From Eledone cirrhosa (Eukaryota): a stretch of 64,000 nucleotides of DNA. Position numbers and translations under genes: made by a program. Shown here in pieces: positions 43,109-56,100 of this stretch. The stretch is from positions 269,762,001-269,826,000 of the forward strand of contig OZ024740.1 in the NCBI GenBank assembly GCA_964016885.1, given 5' to 3'. The notes under the pieces are model-generated. The model did no database searches and was not told where the DNA came from. It saw only the letters and a list, made by a program, of their open reading frames with translations. Each line of letters opens with the position of its first letter. Position 1 is the first letter of the stretch.

Positions 43109-45999
43109 AAGAAAATTACAATAACATTACACAATATATTAACGCGTTAAGAAATTGAAAATTATACAAGATAATCAGAAGATTGCATAACACATTTAAA
43201 AGATATTTAAATAAGCAGGGAAAGAAATAAGAACAATCTCCTACACACAAGTGAGAAGCTGACACTAAGATTAGATCAGAACTCCTCACGACTTAAACTA
43301 TTTTACATTCGTATGTCACGGTTCTCAAAATGCTCATGACAGGCTGAACAGAAAAACTTACATCATTTGTGAAAAATCATCGAGCTTTAGTTTCAAAAAC
43401 CCATTAATGAAATGATATTTTAAATTATGCTATCAAAATAGTTATTGCTTGTTTGGTTATATTTGTATGAACACAAATCCATAGCACGGTTGCATACTTT
43501 CACGCATCATGATGGGATGACTGAACTGTAGATATTGTTCTTATATGCGCATGAACTCCGAAAAGAGCGTCTGGCAATTTTTAAAGAAGAAAACAAATTT
43601 TACGTTTGAGAATATATTCAAAGTGAATTTTCGATCTCTAACTCGGAATATTTGATAAACATATTTCAAAATGTTAATATTATCAATAATATGAGCAGAC
43701 AATAAGAAAACAAGGTGAAAATATAAATAAAAACTTTGTATAAACTGATATAATTCCAGACACAATCATAAATACGTAAGGACGAAAAGTTAAATACGGT
43801 AAATTTGTAACATTCCCTTTAGTAAATAAAACGCATAAATGAAATGACTTCTTCCATATTTGAAGATTTGACAACCTTAGAAGAGAAATTGAGATTATAT
43901 TTTCCATTATTAAATATAGAAGAATATGATTTTATTCCGTAAATATTCCAACTAGTGTTGGTTTGAAATTATCCGGAGAAGAAAATTGGCCTCTATTATT
44001 CAGTGATTTTGGAATAAAAATCATATTTTAGGAACTGTTTCTAGAAATGTTTTTGGCTTTCCATCAGAAAAGATTATATTTGAGTAGCTAAAAAACTTTT
44101 GTGTATTTTTGTTCAATTTTCAACATCATATTTATGTGAATTAAGGATTTTATTTTCACTGGCCTACATTAAGCGCAAAAAATAACATCTATTCAATACA
44201 TTGGGGAGGAAATGAGAATCTGCAAAATATATATATAAGTTCCAACATTGAAAGAAGATACACTTGTTCCACCTAAGCAGAATTAAGCAATATGTTTCTA
44301 TTTTCCACCTAAGCATTTAAGCAATATGTTTCTATTTTTTATTCTAACTTTGTAACTTTAAAATAACTTCTGCTTTTAATTTCCATACAATGTTGCAAGT
44401 AATTCGTACTTGGACTCCAGTGCGACTCGGAGTCAAAGTGATTGATAACCACTGCGCTGGTCTATCGTTTCTATCGTTATTTTCTTGCAATACACTGCCA
44501 CGTTTACTCAAATGGTTCTATTCCAATACGTCCACCATTTATTGTTGTCGATCGATCCCGTTATAATTCGCTACTTCAATCTCGGTAAACGCTCTACACC
44601 GAGAACGACGTATTCATTTTGAAAATTAAAAACGAATGTGTAGCTACAGTTCAGAACAAACCAAAATAATTAGCCAAGCTCCACAGCGAGACTCTAGCCA
44701 ATCCTACTGAATAAAGCAGATTTACAGAAAAGTCATGTTATAAATGTGCCACACACTTCAGCAAATGCAATAGATAGTCATTTATCAGAAATTCTTGGGA
44801 GCGGAAGGGGTTGAGATATCGGAATTATTGTATAATTATTTATTTAAAAGGGAACAATTTACAGATGATACCTTAATCTAAATACATTATGCATTTTTAT
44901 TTCCTAATGCAGATTATATATATATATATACCATGAAAGTAGTTATATATAAATCTATAGCCCAGTTGTGAGGTTTTCATTTTAAGGCGTCTTAATCTTT
45001 TACCAAACTAAATCCTCCTTATTACAATTTCGTTTCACATTGTCAAACATATGGAACATCCAACACGCCACTTTCACTTTAGAGCTAACTAAATCTTTTG
45101 AAACATTTTCAAAATAAATAACTGGGTAACCTATTTGAAGAAGAAAGTCGATTATATCACCCCCCCCCCGCCCCAGTAATTAAATGATAACGAAAGGATG
45201 AGAGGCAAAGTTGACCTCAGCGGAAATTGTACCCAGAACGTAAAAAGCCCGAATAAGTATGTGTTTGTCCGACACTCTAACGCCTCTAGAAAGCTGCCCC
45301 GTGAAGCACAAGTGAGGGCAAGGTTGTTTGTGGAAGACCAGTATATGCCCATGCGTACCTGTTACCCCTCGCCATGCCACCGATGTTGACCAAGCAAATA
45401 TCAATGGCTGATACAGCTTGGCACCCGTGACGTTGCAACTCACTTCTACAGCTGAGTAAACTGGAGCAACCTTTCGTTTATGTATATGTACATGAACTGC
45501 ATAATACAATGTAAATAACTCTAGGTTATTCTCACGGGAGTTTCATATATTTGAATAATTATATGCATGTTAGCATCTGACATACTTATTTCTTCTTTTG
45601 GGATGTGAGGAAGTTTCATTCTGCTATATATCAGTGATAAAATTGAAGGCGGCTTGTATTTTATGTATGTTCTGTTTGTACCTTATTGTACATGGTGTTA
45701 ACAGATACAAAATAACAGGAATATAACATTAATTTCAATATCTTTTATAACTTTCATATACCGAGAAAATTCTCTCAGATTTTAATATCCTTAATATATT
45801 AAACTGGTCGCAACATTGGGAAATATTCTACGTGCAGATATTATATATACAGCCTAAGAACCAGATTGAGGATGCTAAACCATTAAAAGACTGATATATA
45901 CAGTATGCAGTTTTACTAGAATAAATCCCACGACAAGGTAAAAGTTAAGAAGATGAAAATTAATTTCAAACACCTATGTTATATTATATTTAAAAAGTA

Positions 46000-46185
46000 G
46001 TGGGTTGGCAGTATCGGTAGAGGGTCGGACGCTATGCTTTGACGCATAGAGTTACGGCCTTTGCCATTCTGAGTTCAAATCCCGCCGAGGTTAACTTTGC
46101 TTTTCATCCTTACGGGGTCGATAAAATAAAGTACCAGTAATGCACTGTATAATTGCTGGCCTTGTTCCAAAAGTAGAAACAATTA
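46000..46185 (+). mobile_element. SINE family 1 copy
   Basis: Matches consensus. Confidence 0.85.
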
Positions 46186-46199
46186 TATTTAAAAAGGGG

Positions 46200-47770
46200 T
46201 AAAATTGTTAGGACAAAACTTACAATAATCATGAATACTTTGGATGTCCCAGTAAGAAGTAATAGATATATTTTCAATTGGACGCTAATTAAATTAGCAA
46301 GTCTCGATCAGAAATTAAAACAAAACAAAAAATACGGATTGTATTTAGAATTATGCACCTGTACCCTAATACCAAAAGATTATCTATAATAATGGGCTTC
46401 AGCGGATAGATTAATATTATAGAATATCAACTATAGGACTAGAAATATATCTAATGAAAAAATTAATTGAAACATATAAAACACGACAGAAAACTGCTTT
46501 CTGTCTCATAGAAAAGCAAAAAATCACACGCTGATTATTAGAAAAAGAGGATAACACAGATCTGAAAGTAATATTTAATTCCAACTGAGACGAGTTAATT
46601 TTAGTAACATACGTCTCAAAAAGAATTTATAACGAATACAAGCCACAAAATTATAAACTTATAAACATGGGGAACGTAAAAGCCTAAGGTAAGCAAAAAA
46701 AATTAAGAAAATACAACAAACTCAAACTAGAGAAAAATCATAAACAAATCTATTTCAAATAACACCAACACTACATATATTTAAAAACGCAAAATGAAGA
46801 GAAGGGCAAGGGCTCTAGAGTCACAGAAGAATGGGAGGGGAAAGAGGGAGTATGATAGGCTCTAGGGCTCCTTCCTCAGATGGGCTGCTGACCTTCCGAT
46901 CTTGCGGAGGAGCTCGGTAGTACGGGGTTTAAGTAGGCCCGAGGTCCGAACGGCAACCGGCGCTATAAGGAAGCAGCTGGACAATCCCCAGTATTTGTTG
47001 ATTTTCCTTTCCTCTGCATTGCGGGCCGCATAAAGTATCTACAAAATACTGACCAACAAAATCCGAAACAGAACAACACAAACGAAAATATGAATGAAAA
47101 AGTATATGGGAAATATTCGGAAAAAGAAACAAATTCTACTAATAGATATTCAGAATATGAAAATTGTGTAAGGATTTGGAATAGTTAAATAATTAACATC
47201 GATATATATTCATATGAACACTAACTGTAAACCTGATATTAAAATAGCAACAACAATAAAGAAGCCAAGATGGCGAACCTAGACATTATGGAAACAGATG
47301 CTACTATCAATATTACCAGGATAAAACAAATAATATATGCAAAGGCAACAGTAGTTTTTAAAAAAATTAACATTTTCTTAGATTAACTCATACAGAAATA
47401 TCAAGAGTCAAACAAATAACGCGCAAGACGAAACTTGCAGAAAAAGGCTGAATATAATATGAACACGCCTACATCTCTATGATATCAATAACTAAAATAT
47501 ATATATGAAAACAAGAATTCAGGCCAAATAATTCATAACTATAAAATACAAACGTTTTCAAACTCAAGTAACTCTTGAAACAAAAAGCCTTACGAAATTG
47601 CAAAGAATCCGTCATTATAGAAAGCGACAACAATTCTTTGCACAAAACAAATATTACAATTCCGACTAAAAATCAATTGTATGAAGAACTAGGTAACAAT
47701 TAAATATTAATCAATGCAGCATAAAGTACAACTATCCTACAAAGAATTTTGAATATGAACGATTTGCAAC
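46200..47770 (+). mobile_element. Possible decayed N-terminal part of a Penelope-like ORF
   Basis: A-rich sequence with remnants YLELC..LIPK and KALRNCKE..IIESD; many stops. Confidence 0.35.
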
Positions 47771-47774
47771 AGTT

Positions 47775-49535
47775 CTTCTTCTTGTCGTATGACACATGGA
47801 ACAGTAGTTAAAGAGGCAGGTTGAGACTGGCGAGCCAGACCATGCCGTCATTTTGGAGCATTATGGATAAACTGTTGGGAATATGTATGAGGGGGAAAAC
47901 CTGAACAACACGCAGCACTGTCTGGTCAGGGTCCCCACAATCACATACTTGGCTGTCATTCATTTTCCGTCGATGGAGATGCTGGGCTGTTCTGGTATAT
48001 GTTTTGTAGATCCGATAAGGGACACTCATTGCTTTCTGGGAAAGTCAAAGTGAGCTGGTTTAGATGTGGGATCCAGGACGAGGTCTTGGTTTGCAAAATT
48101 TGACTCATTCCATGATCTTCGCCACTCTTCCTTCAGATCAAAGTAACTATCCTGTAGGGTATCCATTGATTCCCACAATGGTTTGCGCGATTTGAAGCGC
48201 ATGTTAGGGACATTTTCCAGGTCTGCATGGATAGGAAGGTCAGGCTTGGACTTGGTACAAAGTGCTGTTTCGCGCATCATTTTCTGACGCTGCACGTGAG
48301 AAGGAGCTATTTGAGAAAGGGTTGGTAGCCACTGAGTAGGTGTAGATTCCCTTGTACCATATACTATTATCATTGCTGAGTTCAGGATGGTGTCTACTTG
48401 CTTGCCATGGCAGCTCCCTGTTCATATCAGTGAAGAGTACCTGCAACTGAGTATGCAAGTGCTGTGCACGCAGTTCAGGGAGTTTGTGTATCAGAACCCC
48501 AGGTATTTCCTGTCAATTTACGTATAGTAATCTTGAAACTTGAACTTTCCGGAAACTCTCTTTAGATGCTATCGGTAAGTCAGGCTGCGATCTCATGTTG
48601 CACCAAGATATTTTGGGTGTAGTTCATTCTTGACAGGTCTACCACAGAAGGAGACATTCTGTTCCGCTTGTCTGGTGCTGAGATAGAAGCCTGTCACAAT
48701 GATCTTGCTTGGGGTGGAAGGAAGGCAGCAGTAGGAGTAGTAGCTCTCCATCTCCTTCAGGTCTTCTGTCAGTGTAAAGTTGAGGTTGTCAAAGTCATTA
48801 AATAGGATAAGCAAATTTCCTCTAAGTCGTCCTAGGCATATTTCACACGTAGATATTAAATAGCACTGGTAACAGGACAGAACCTTGCGGAATGCCATCA
48901 TTCAGGGATCTGGTTGAACTTATATGACCCCCTAGTGACACACTGAATCTTCCGTTACTGAGAGTAGAGGCAAGAATGTTCATATTTGACTGGCACTTGA
49001 TGCTACGCCAGGTCTCTACAACCCCTGCCTTGAAACTTCGTTGGTAGCCAACCATGATGGAGGTAGTGAGGATGATGACTTGATTTGAGCAATTCCTTTG
49101 TGGTCTGAAGTCTGCTTAGTTCTTAGAGTGAGAACATTCAAAACTGCTTGGAACAGGTGCAACTCTTGAACAATTGAGCAGGTCCGTTGCACTCGACCAA
49201 TCCCACTCTCTGGGCATCGAAAACACTACCCGAAAAGGACAACTGGTCTACATCATCGGATGCTTCCGAAGCCGCAAGCTATTTTTCAGAGTTTCCCTCT
49301 CTTAGAAAGGTGTTGGGACAACTGGGAGTTGGAAACAAATACTATTTGGATGGCCGTTGACTCTGCTGAGTTGCTCTGCCTTTCGACGGGTCTTGCATTT
49401 TATCGCACGGGGTGTCTAAATATCCCCCTCCTCACCAAACAAGCTTGGTGGAGTTGCCAGTTTAATCGCCGACGACCCGACCATGAGACAGGTTTTACTG
49501 GGTTACATGTTACCAATAATACTCGAAAGTGACCT
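47775..49535 (-). mobile_element. Decayed, internally deleted Ingi/Vingi-like LINE
   Basis: NDGIPQGSVLLPVLFNIY, HPKYLGAT, STPTQWLPTLSQIAP, FKSRKP, CDCGDPDQT motifs; GC-richer 5' region. Confidence 0.75.
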
Positions 49536-49751
49536 GATATACATACATACATACATGCATATATACATGCATGCATACTTACATATATATATATATATAT
49601 ATATAAATGTGTGTGTGTATAATATTTAATATAGAAATGGCTTCTACAGAACTAGAACTGTTTTGTTCGTATGAAATCATTAGTTTTAAACGTGTTGTTT
49701 ACACTCTACTAATGTATTGAGTACCCTTTTAACTGTGGTTGTCCCCGATTT

Positions 49752-49861
<110 letters not shown>

Positions 49862-51061
49862 CGGAATATTGTTTTGGGTTTCCGTAGTTAAAATTTAGTG
49901 TATTCCGTACTGAGGAGTGTTTCACCGTATGGTGGTAGTCCACTCAACAGGGTGTTTACTACGGTAGGTTGGTCGAAGGGTAATTCCTTGATCGTTCCGT
50001 CATCAGTAATTCTTGGAATACTTACAAGAGATAAAAAGAGGATTAACACAGATAAGCGATATAATCGGGTTTAATACAAGCTTTAACATATGTTTCATCT
50101 CCAGGTGTTAAGTTGATTTTTGTCTTGAAACCACTATCCTCACCAATCAATGGACAATTGTGAAAACTCGATTTTAAATACATAAAATAATACAACGTGG
50201 CTGGCTTATTTTCAAAACACAGTACCAAATATTTACCATCGCGGCAGTCTTATAAGCAGAAAGAAGGAAAAAGTATATACAGAAATGTACTAAATTCGCA
50301 AAAATACACAAAAATATGTAAAAATATAAAAATATATGGAAATTTACACACACGAGGGAGGCTGGGGAGAACATGTAACAGAATAGAAGAGAACAAAAAG
50401 AGAAAAGAAGAAAATAAGGAAATATATGTATATATAATATGAAATTATATGTGTTCTTGTGTATAAATAGATATTTATTTGGATGTGACTAATATTGGAA
50501 AAACAGAACGTGGTGTGAGAATCTTATACTAGCAGAAATGAAATCTTAAACGAAAAATGATTACTTAAAAACAATAACTAACTCTCAGAAGAACTGAAAT
50601 GATGCGACAGGGTTCATTAGGTTTTAGCTGTCAATTGTTGATCAACAAATAAAAAGCGAAAGCGGGAAAGTGAAAAAAATAAAAACAATAAAACTCTCCT
50701 GAATATGTCATGTGGATTACGAAAATTTTGGACAGAATTTTTCAGCTGTGATTCTGTATACCTTAGTCGAAGTAAACTATAAGCCAGTAGTGGAAGGTGT
50801 ACAGAAGATTTATTGAAAAATTTATACATTGCCAATAACTGACAACACTAAACGAATCAGAAAATGTATCACACAAGAAACTTCAAAAATTACAAATCGA
50901 CGAACACAAAATCAAATCAAAAATCAAACTTCGTGTCAACTAAGAAAGAATTAGCCAATTTATTTTCTGGGGTTTTTTTCTCCCAATATTTGTCTCGTCT
51001 AAATAAATACCTACATCTATTTATACACACGAACATACATAAATTCGCATTATATGTATAT

Positions 51062-51165
51062 ACAGTGGCGGGCTGGCCAGGTTGCCAGGTTGCCCAATGG
51101 AAAGTGGGTCCCAGGGGCCCACGGTGGCATTGCAAGGCCCACAGTAGCATTGCAGGACCCACTGT
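51062..51165. mobile_element. Short GC-rich DNA-transposon-like remnant
   Basis: Begins CAGTGGCGG (hAT-like terminus) and ends CCACTG; internal repeats of GCATTGCA(A)GG. Confidence 0.4.
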
Positions 51166-51269
51166 AGTATTTTAGGAGCCAATGCTTTGCTTTCAAAAAA
51201 TACCTGAAGTCTATGAGAAAGAATAAATAAGAAAAAAAAACAAAAAAATAATTAAGCAAAGCATTTGGT

Positions 51270-51967
51270 CAACTGATGAAGGACCAACTTTATTCATATG
51301 TAACCCATTTGCAACCACGCAGCACGTTTATTCTCATATTTACACATATATTTTCCCCCGCTGTGACCCGTCTATTTCGTTCTTACTGCTTCTTCTTTCT
51401 CTGTATCTTTACCCTCTCTAACAGTCACTCTCTCTGTTAGCCTCTTCCTCACCCTTCACTCACTCACTCTCTGTTACTACCTCTCCTCCTCCTCCTTCTT
51501 CCCGGTTGACCTGTGCGTAATTATTTTCTTTCGCACGCTTGGCCAGCCCGGTTCCCCTTTTTTCTCTCCTCGTCTACGATTTCACAGAACTTATGTTCAC
51601 CGAATTCACAGACTAGACTCCTTCTTCCCCCCGTTTGACCTGTACGGAATTCCTTCCTTGCTCACATTTCAACCAGGTTTGATGGTCTTTATTCTCCCTC
51701 GTTCACGATTTCACCGAACTTATATTCATGGAAATTTGGGACTTGACTCGTTCTTCCTCACTTTTCGTTGCTTCACCATCTTTGTTTGTTTACACTCTGT
51801 TCCCTTTATTTACGTGTCCTAACGACTTTCTTTAGCCGTTGCTCGCACCAACCAGAGGTATATGGTCTTTAAAGCGAAGAAATACCGAGGATGGTTGGAA
51901 GATCACTGATGAAGGACCAACTTTATTCATATGTAACCCATTTGCAACCACTCAGCACGTTTTTATT

Positions 51968-51970
<3 letters not shown>
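51270..51970 (+). mobile_element. Retrozyme-like element: partial upstream repeat plus one unit (623-nt spacing between CTGATGA cores)
   Basis: CTGATGAAGGACCAACTTTATTCATATGTAACCCATTTGCAACCAC occurs at 51283 and 51906; non-coding pyrimidine-rich body. Confidence 0.78.
51816..51917 (+). ncRNA. Permuted, pseudoknotted hammerhead-like motif with kink-turn consensus
   Basis: gtcct aacgac..gccgtt gc tcgc a ccaacca GA ggtat A tggtctt taaa gcga a GAA atacc gag GA tggttgg aagatca CTGATGA aggac. Confidence 0.8.
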
Positions 51971-52025
<55 letters not shown>

Positions 52026-52085
52026 TTCGGTTAGCTTTTCCTTCTATGTTGTTTACTTGTCTCACTCGCTTTACGCGTTTCACTT

Positions 52086-52187
52086 GTCCCAATAGCTTAT
52101 TTTAGTTATTGCTCGCACCAACCTGAGGTATATGATTTTTAATGCGATGAAATACCAATGATCGTTGGCAAATCACTGATGAGGGAC
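52086..52187 (+). ncRNA. Permuted, pseudoknotted hammerhead-like motif
   Basis: gtccc aatagc..gttatt gc tcgc a ccaac ctGA ggtat A tgattt ttaat gcga t GAA atacc aat GA tc gttgg c aaatca CTGATGA gggac. Confidence 0.8.
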
Positions 52188-52612
52188 TAATTTTATAATA
52201 TGTAATCCATGTGCAACCATGCAGTATTCTTCTCCCCATGTTTTTCATATATTTACCTAAACTGCGATTATCTGTTTCTCGCTTTCTCTCTTACTGCTCC
52301 CCCGTTCTCTCTGTTTCTCTTACCTTCTTTCGTCCCCTCTGTCAGTTAACACTTTCTCTCGACTGACCTCCTCACGCACTTCCACTCACTCACTCTTTGT
52401 TTCTCCCCTTCTCACTTCCCCCCGTTCGCTAGGAGAGGGATTCTTTCTTTCTCACATCCCAGTCACAGCGAAAGGTTTGTTTCCTGAGCGCCCATGAAAT
52501 TCACCCAGATTATGGTGATCGGATAACCATGTTGCTTGTTTTCCTAACCATCTTCGGTTAGCTTTTCCTTCTACGTTGTTTACTTGTCTCACTCGCTTTA
52601 CGCGTTTCACTT

Positions 52613-52714
52613 GTCCCAATAGCTTATTTTAGTTATTGCTCGCACCAACGTGAGGTATATGATTTTTAATGCGATGAAATACGAATGATGGTTGGCAAAT
52701 CACTGATGAGGGAC
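52613..52714 (+). ncRNA. Permuted, pseudoknotted hammerhead-like motif (second repeat)
   Basis: Same as 52086-52187 with a few substitutions. Confidence 0.78.
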
Positions 52715-53007
52715 TAATTTTATAATATGTAATCCATGTGCAACCATGCAGTATTCTTCTCCCCATGTTTTTCATATATATATATATATATATATTGATA
52801 TATATATATATTGATATATATATATATATTGATATATATATATATATTGATATATATATATATATATATTGATATATATATTGATATATATATATATTGA
52901 TATATATATTGATATATATATATATTGATATATATATATATATATATAAAATATTAAACAAATAATGAATAAACAATGAGACTATTCCTTATATTAAACA
53001 AAAAAAG

Positions 53008-53161
53008 TTCATTATTTAACGATCGTTTCTAGGATATATATGTGTTAGAATTGGCATGCATATTCAACAGATCTATGTACAAAATTATACAAAATTATAC
53101 AAACTATCAAGATTAAATATACATACCAACACATATATACGCCGTCTTCAGAAATAATGAA
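53008..53161 (-). ncRNA. Type I hammerhead-like motif with extended stem II
   Basis: ttcattattt CTGAAGA cgg..(tatatatgtgtt/aacacatatata)..cta GAAAC gatc GTT aaataatgaa; 10-bp perfect stem I. Confidence 0.7.
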
Positions 53162-53699
53162 GTATATTTATTGATAATAACAACAATTCAAAATTTCAGG
53201 TCCGTTTGGGAACAAAATTGACCAATGAAAACACAAAGGGTTAAATGCAGTTCGGTGTGTGTATATACATGTAAAACCCTTACACATATTTTACAAAAAT
53301 GTATGTATAATTTGTATACGCATACTAAAAGAATGGATGCAAATACAAAATTTCAAGGTTAATGTCTCTGTAAGTTTATAATGCACAGATAAGATGCGTA
53401 TAGACACACAGATATGAAATTAAGTATATAAATATATTTTTTCATACTCACACATATCCGTACAATCACACATACACGCGCGTATATGCATAAATATACA
53501 CATAACCACGAACATACAAACACACACACACCCCCACTCACATTTATATATGTGGATATAAAATCATAAGCACATGGATATTAATTCACTCACATAAACA
53601 CTGGCACACACATTTAGATCAAGATACAGAAATTAGGTGGGAGGGGGGGGGGGAGAGGTCAGTATTCAACGGTCTGAGCAGACTGCCTAATATAGATGT

Positions 53700-54038
53700 A
53701 TCTATAAACTAAGAAAATAAAAAATAATAAATAATAAATAAACATTAAAGAGGAAAGAATAGAAAGAAAAAAGAAAAAAGAAATATATCAAGAAAATATA
53801 TAAATATATATATATATATATATACACATACATATATATATATATATATATACATACACACATATATATACATATATATACACATAGACACACACACACA
53901 CATACATATATATATATACACACATATACAAACACATACATACATATACACACATCCACACTAAGAACATACATACACACACATATATAAACATATACAT
54001 ATACACACATACATACATATACACATATACATACAAAT

Positions 54039-54093
<55 letters not shown>

Positions 54094-54411
54094 TATGTAT
54101 ATACACATACATATACACATACATATATATATATAATCACACATACTATATAGACACACATATATATAACCACACACATACATGCACATATACAACACTT
54201 ACATACTAATATACATACAGATATACACATACATAGCTATATATACACACAAATATATACAGACTTACATACATACATACAGACAAATACTTACGCATCT
54301 ATATATCGGTATATACATACAAACACCACTACACTATCACACAACTTAGACATACAAAGAGAAAGGTATATACCTATACACACATACATATACAAATAGA
54401 AAAACATATAG

Positions 54412-54442
<31 letters not shown>

Positions 54443-54715
54443 TATATATATATATATATACATACATATATATATATATATATACATACATATACACATA
54501 CACACATAACACATACACACACATACATACATGTACACACACAAATATATACGCATACACACATACACACATACATATAAAGTCATACACACACATACAC
54601 CTACACGAACATACACATACACATATATAAAGATATACATACACACACACACACACACACATACACACACACACATATATATAAAAAATAAAAAATAAAT
54701 AATAAAGATATATAC

Positions 54716-54774
<59 letters not shown>

Positions 54775-55123
54775 CACACATATATACGCACACACATACA
54801 TACACACATACATAGACATACATGTACATACATACACATACATAGATATACATACATATATATATAGACACATAGACATATACATACATACACACACAAC
54901 TTACATACACACATATATATACATGTATATTCATACATAGAATTAGATATATAATCATACATACATATGCACTTACATATACTCATATATACAAATACAT
55001 ACGCATCCATATATGCGTATATACATAGAAACACCACTACAACTTCACCCAACTCAGACATACAAATAAAAAATAAAAAATAAAAAGGCATATGCATATA
55101 CATATATACACGCATTAATAGAG

Positions 55124-55178
<55 letters not shown>

Positions 55179-55410
55179 CATACATTCACACATATATATA
55201 CATACCCACACACACATACCACCATAAATACACATACAAACACCCACATATACATATATATACACACGTATATATATATATATATACACACACATAAAAA
55301 ACAGACATGCACGTATATATATATTTTTTTACACTTATATATACACATATTATATACACATACACATCCTCACATATACACACATACACATAAGTTATAT
55401 TATAATAATA

Positions 55411-55475
<65 letters not shown>

Positions 55476-55535
55476 AACATATACATACATATATACACAC
55501 ATACGAATATAGACATATATTCACACATAGACACC

Positions 55536-55569
<34 letters not shown>

Positions 55570-55781
55570 TACATATACACAGACACATATACACACTCAC
55601 ATATATATGTGTGTGCACACACACATATATACACACATACACACATATACACATAAACACATATATGTGTGTATACATGCACACACACACATATATCCAC
55701 ATAGATACGAAGATAGACATATAAATAGAGAGACATACATATATATACACAACACACATACACACACATACATACACACAC

Positions 55782-55850
<69 letters not shown>

Positions 55851-56100
55851 TACATACATATACATATACATATATATATACACATACACATACACACATT
55901 CACATACACATACATATACACATGCATATATACACATATATACATACATACGCACACTCATATATACACACACAATCTTACATTCATATTTGCATGCGCA
56001 TATATGTATTTTTATATTCAGATATAAATACCCAAACATATATAGACACCTACCTACATATATATTCATACATACACGCTTACAAATACAGATGATAATA
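53700..56100. repeat. Degenerate (CA/TA)n compound microsatellite field with internal duplications
   Basis: Direct inspection; 54290-54400 resembles 55000-55100. Confidence 0.9.

Larger units (their letters stand above)
52022..52775 (+). mobile_element. Retrozyme-like element with ~225-bp direct repeats (527-nt period), each holding the motif
   Basis: 52022-52247 is nearly identical to 52549-52775; flanked by (TA)n. Confidence 0.85.

Noticed and set aside
44390-44720. CpG-containing unique stretch with a CCAAT motif as a promoter
   Set aside because: Motifs are too short and no linked gene is identifiable.
52086-52187. The motif as a box C/D snoRNA or an HDV-like ribozyme
   Set aside because: TGATGA lies at the 3' end with no downstream box D. 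Helix order does not fit the HDV fold, while the NUH/GAAA/CUGAUGA placement fits a hammerhead core.
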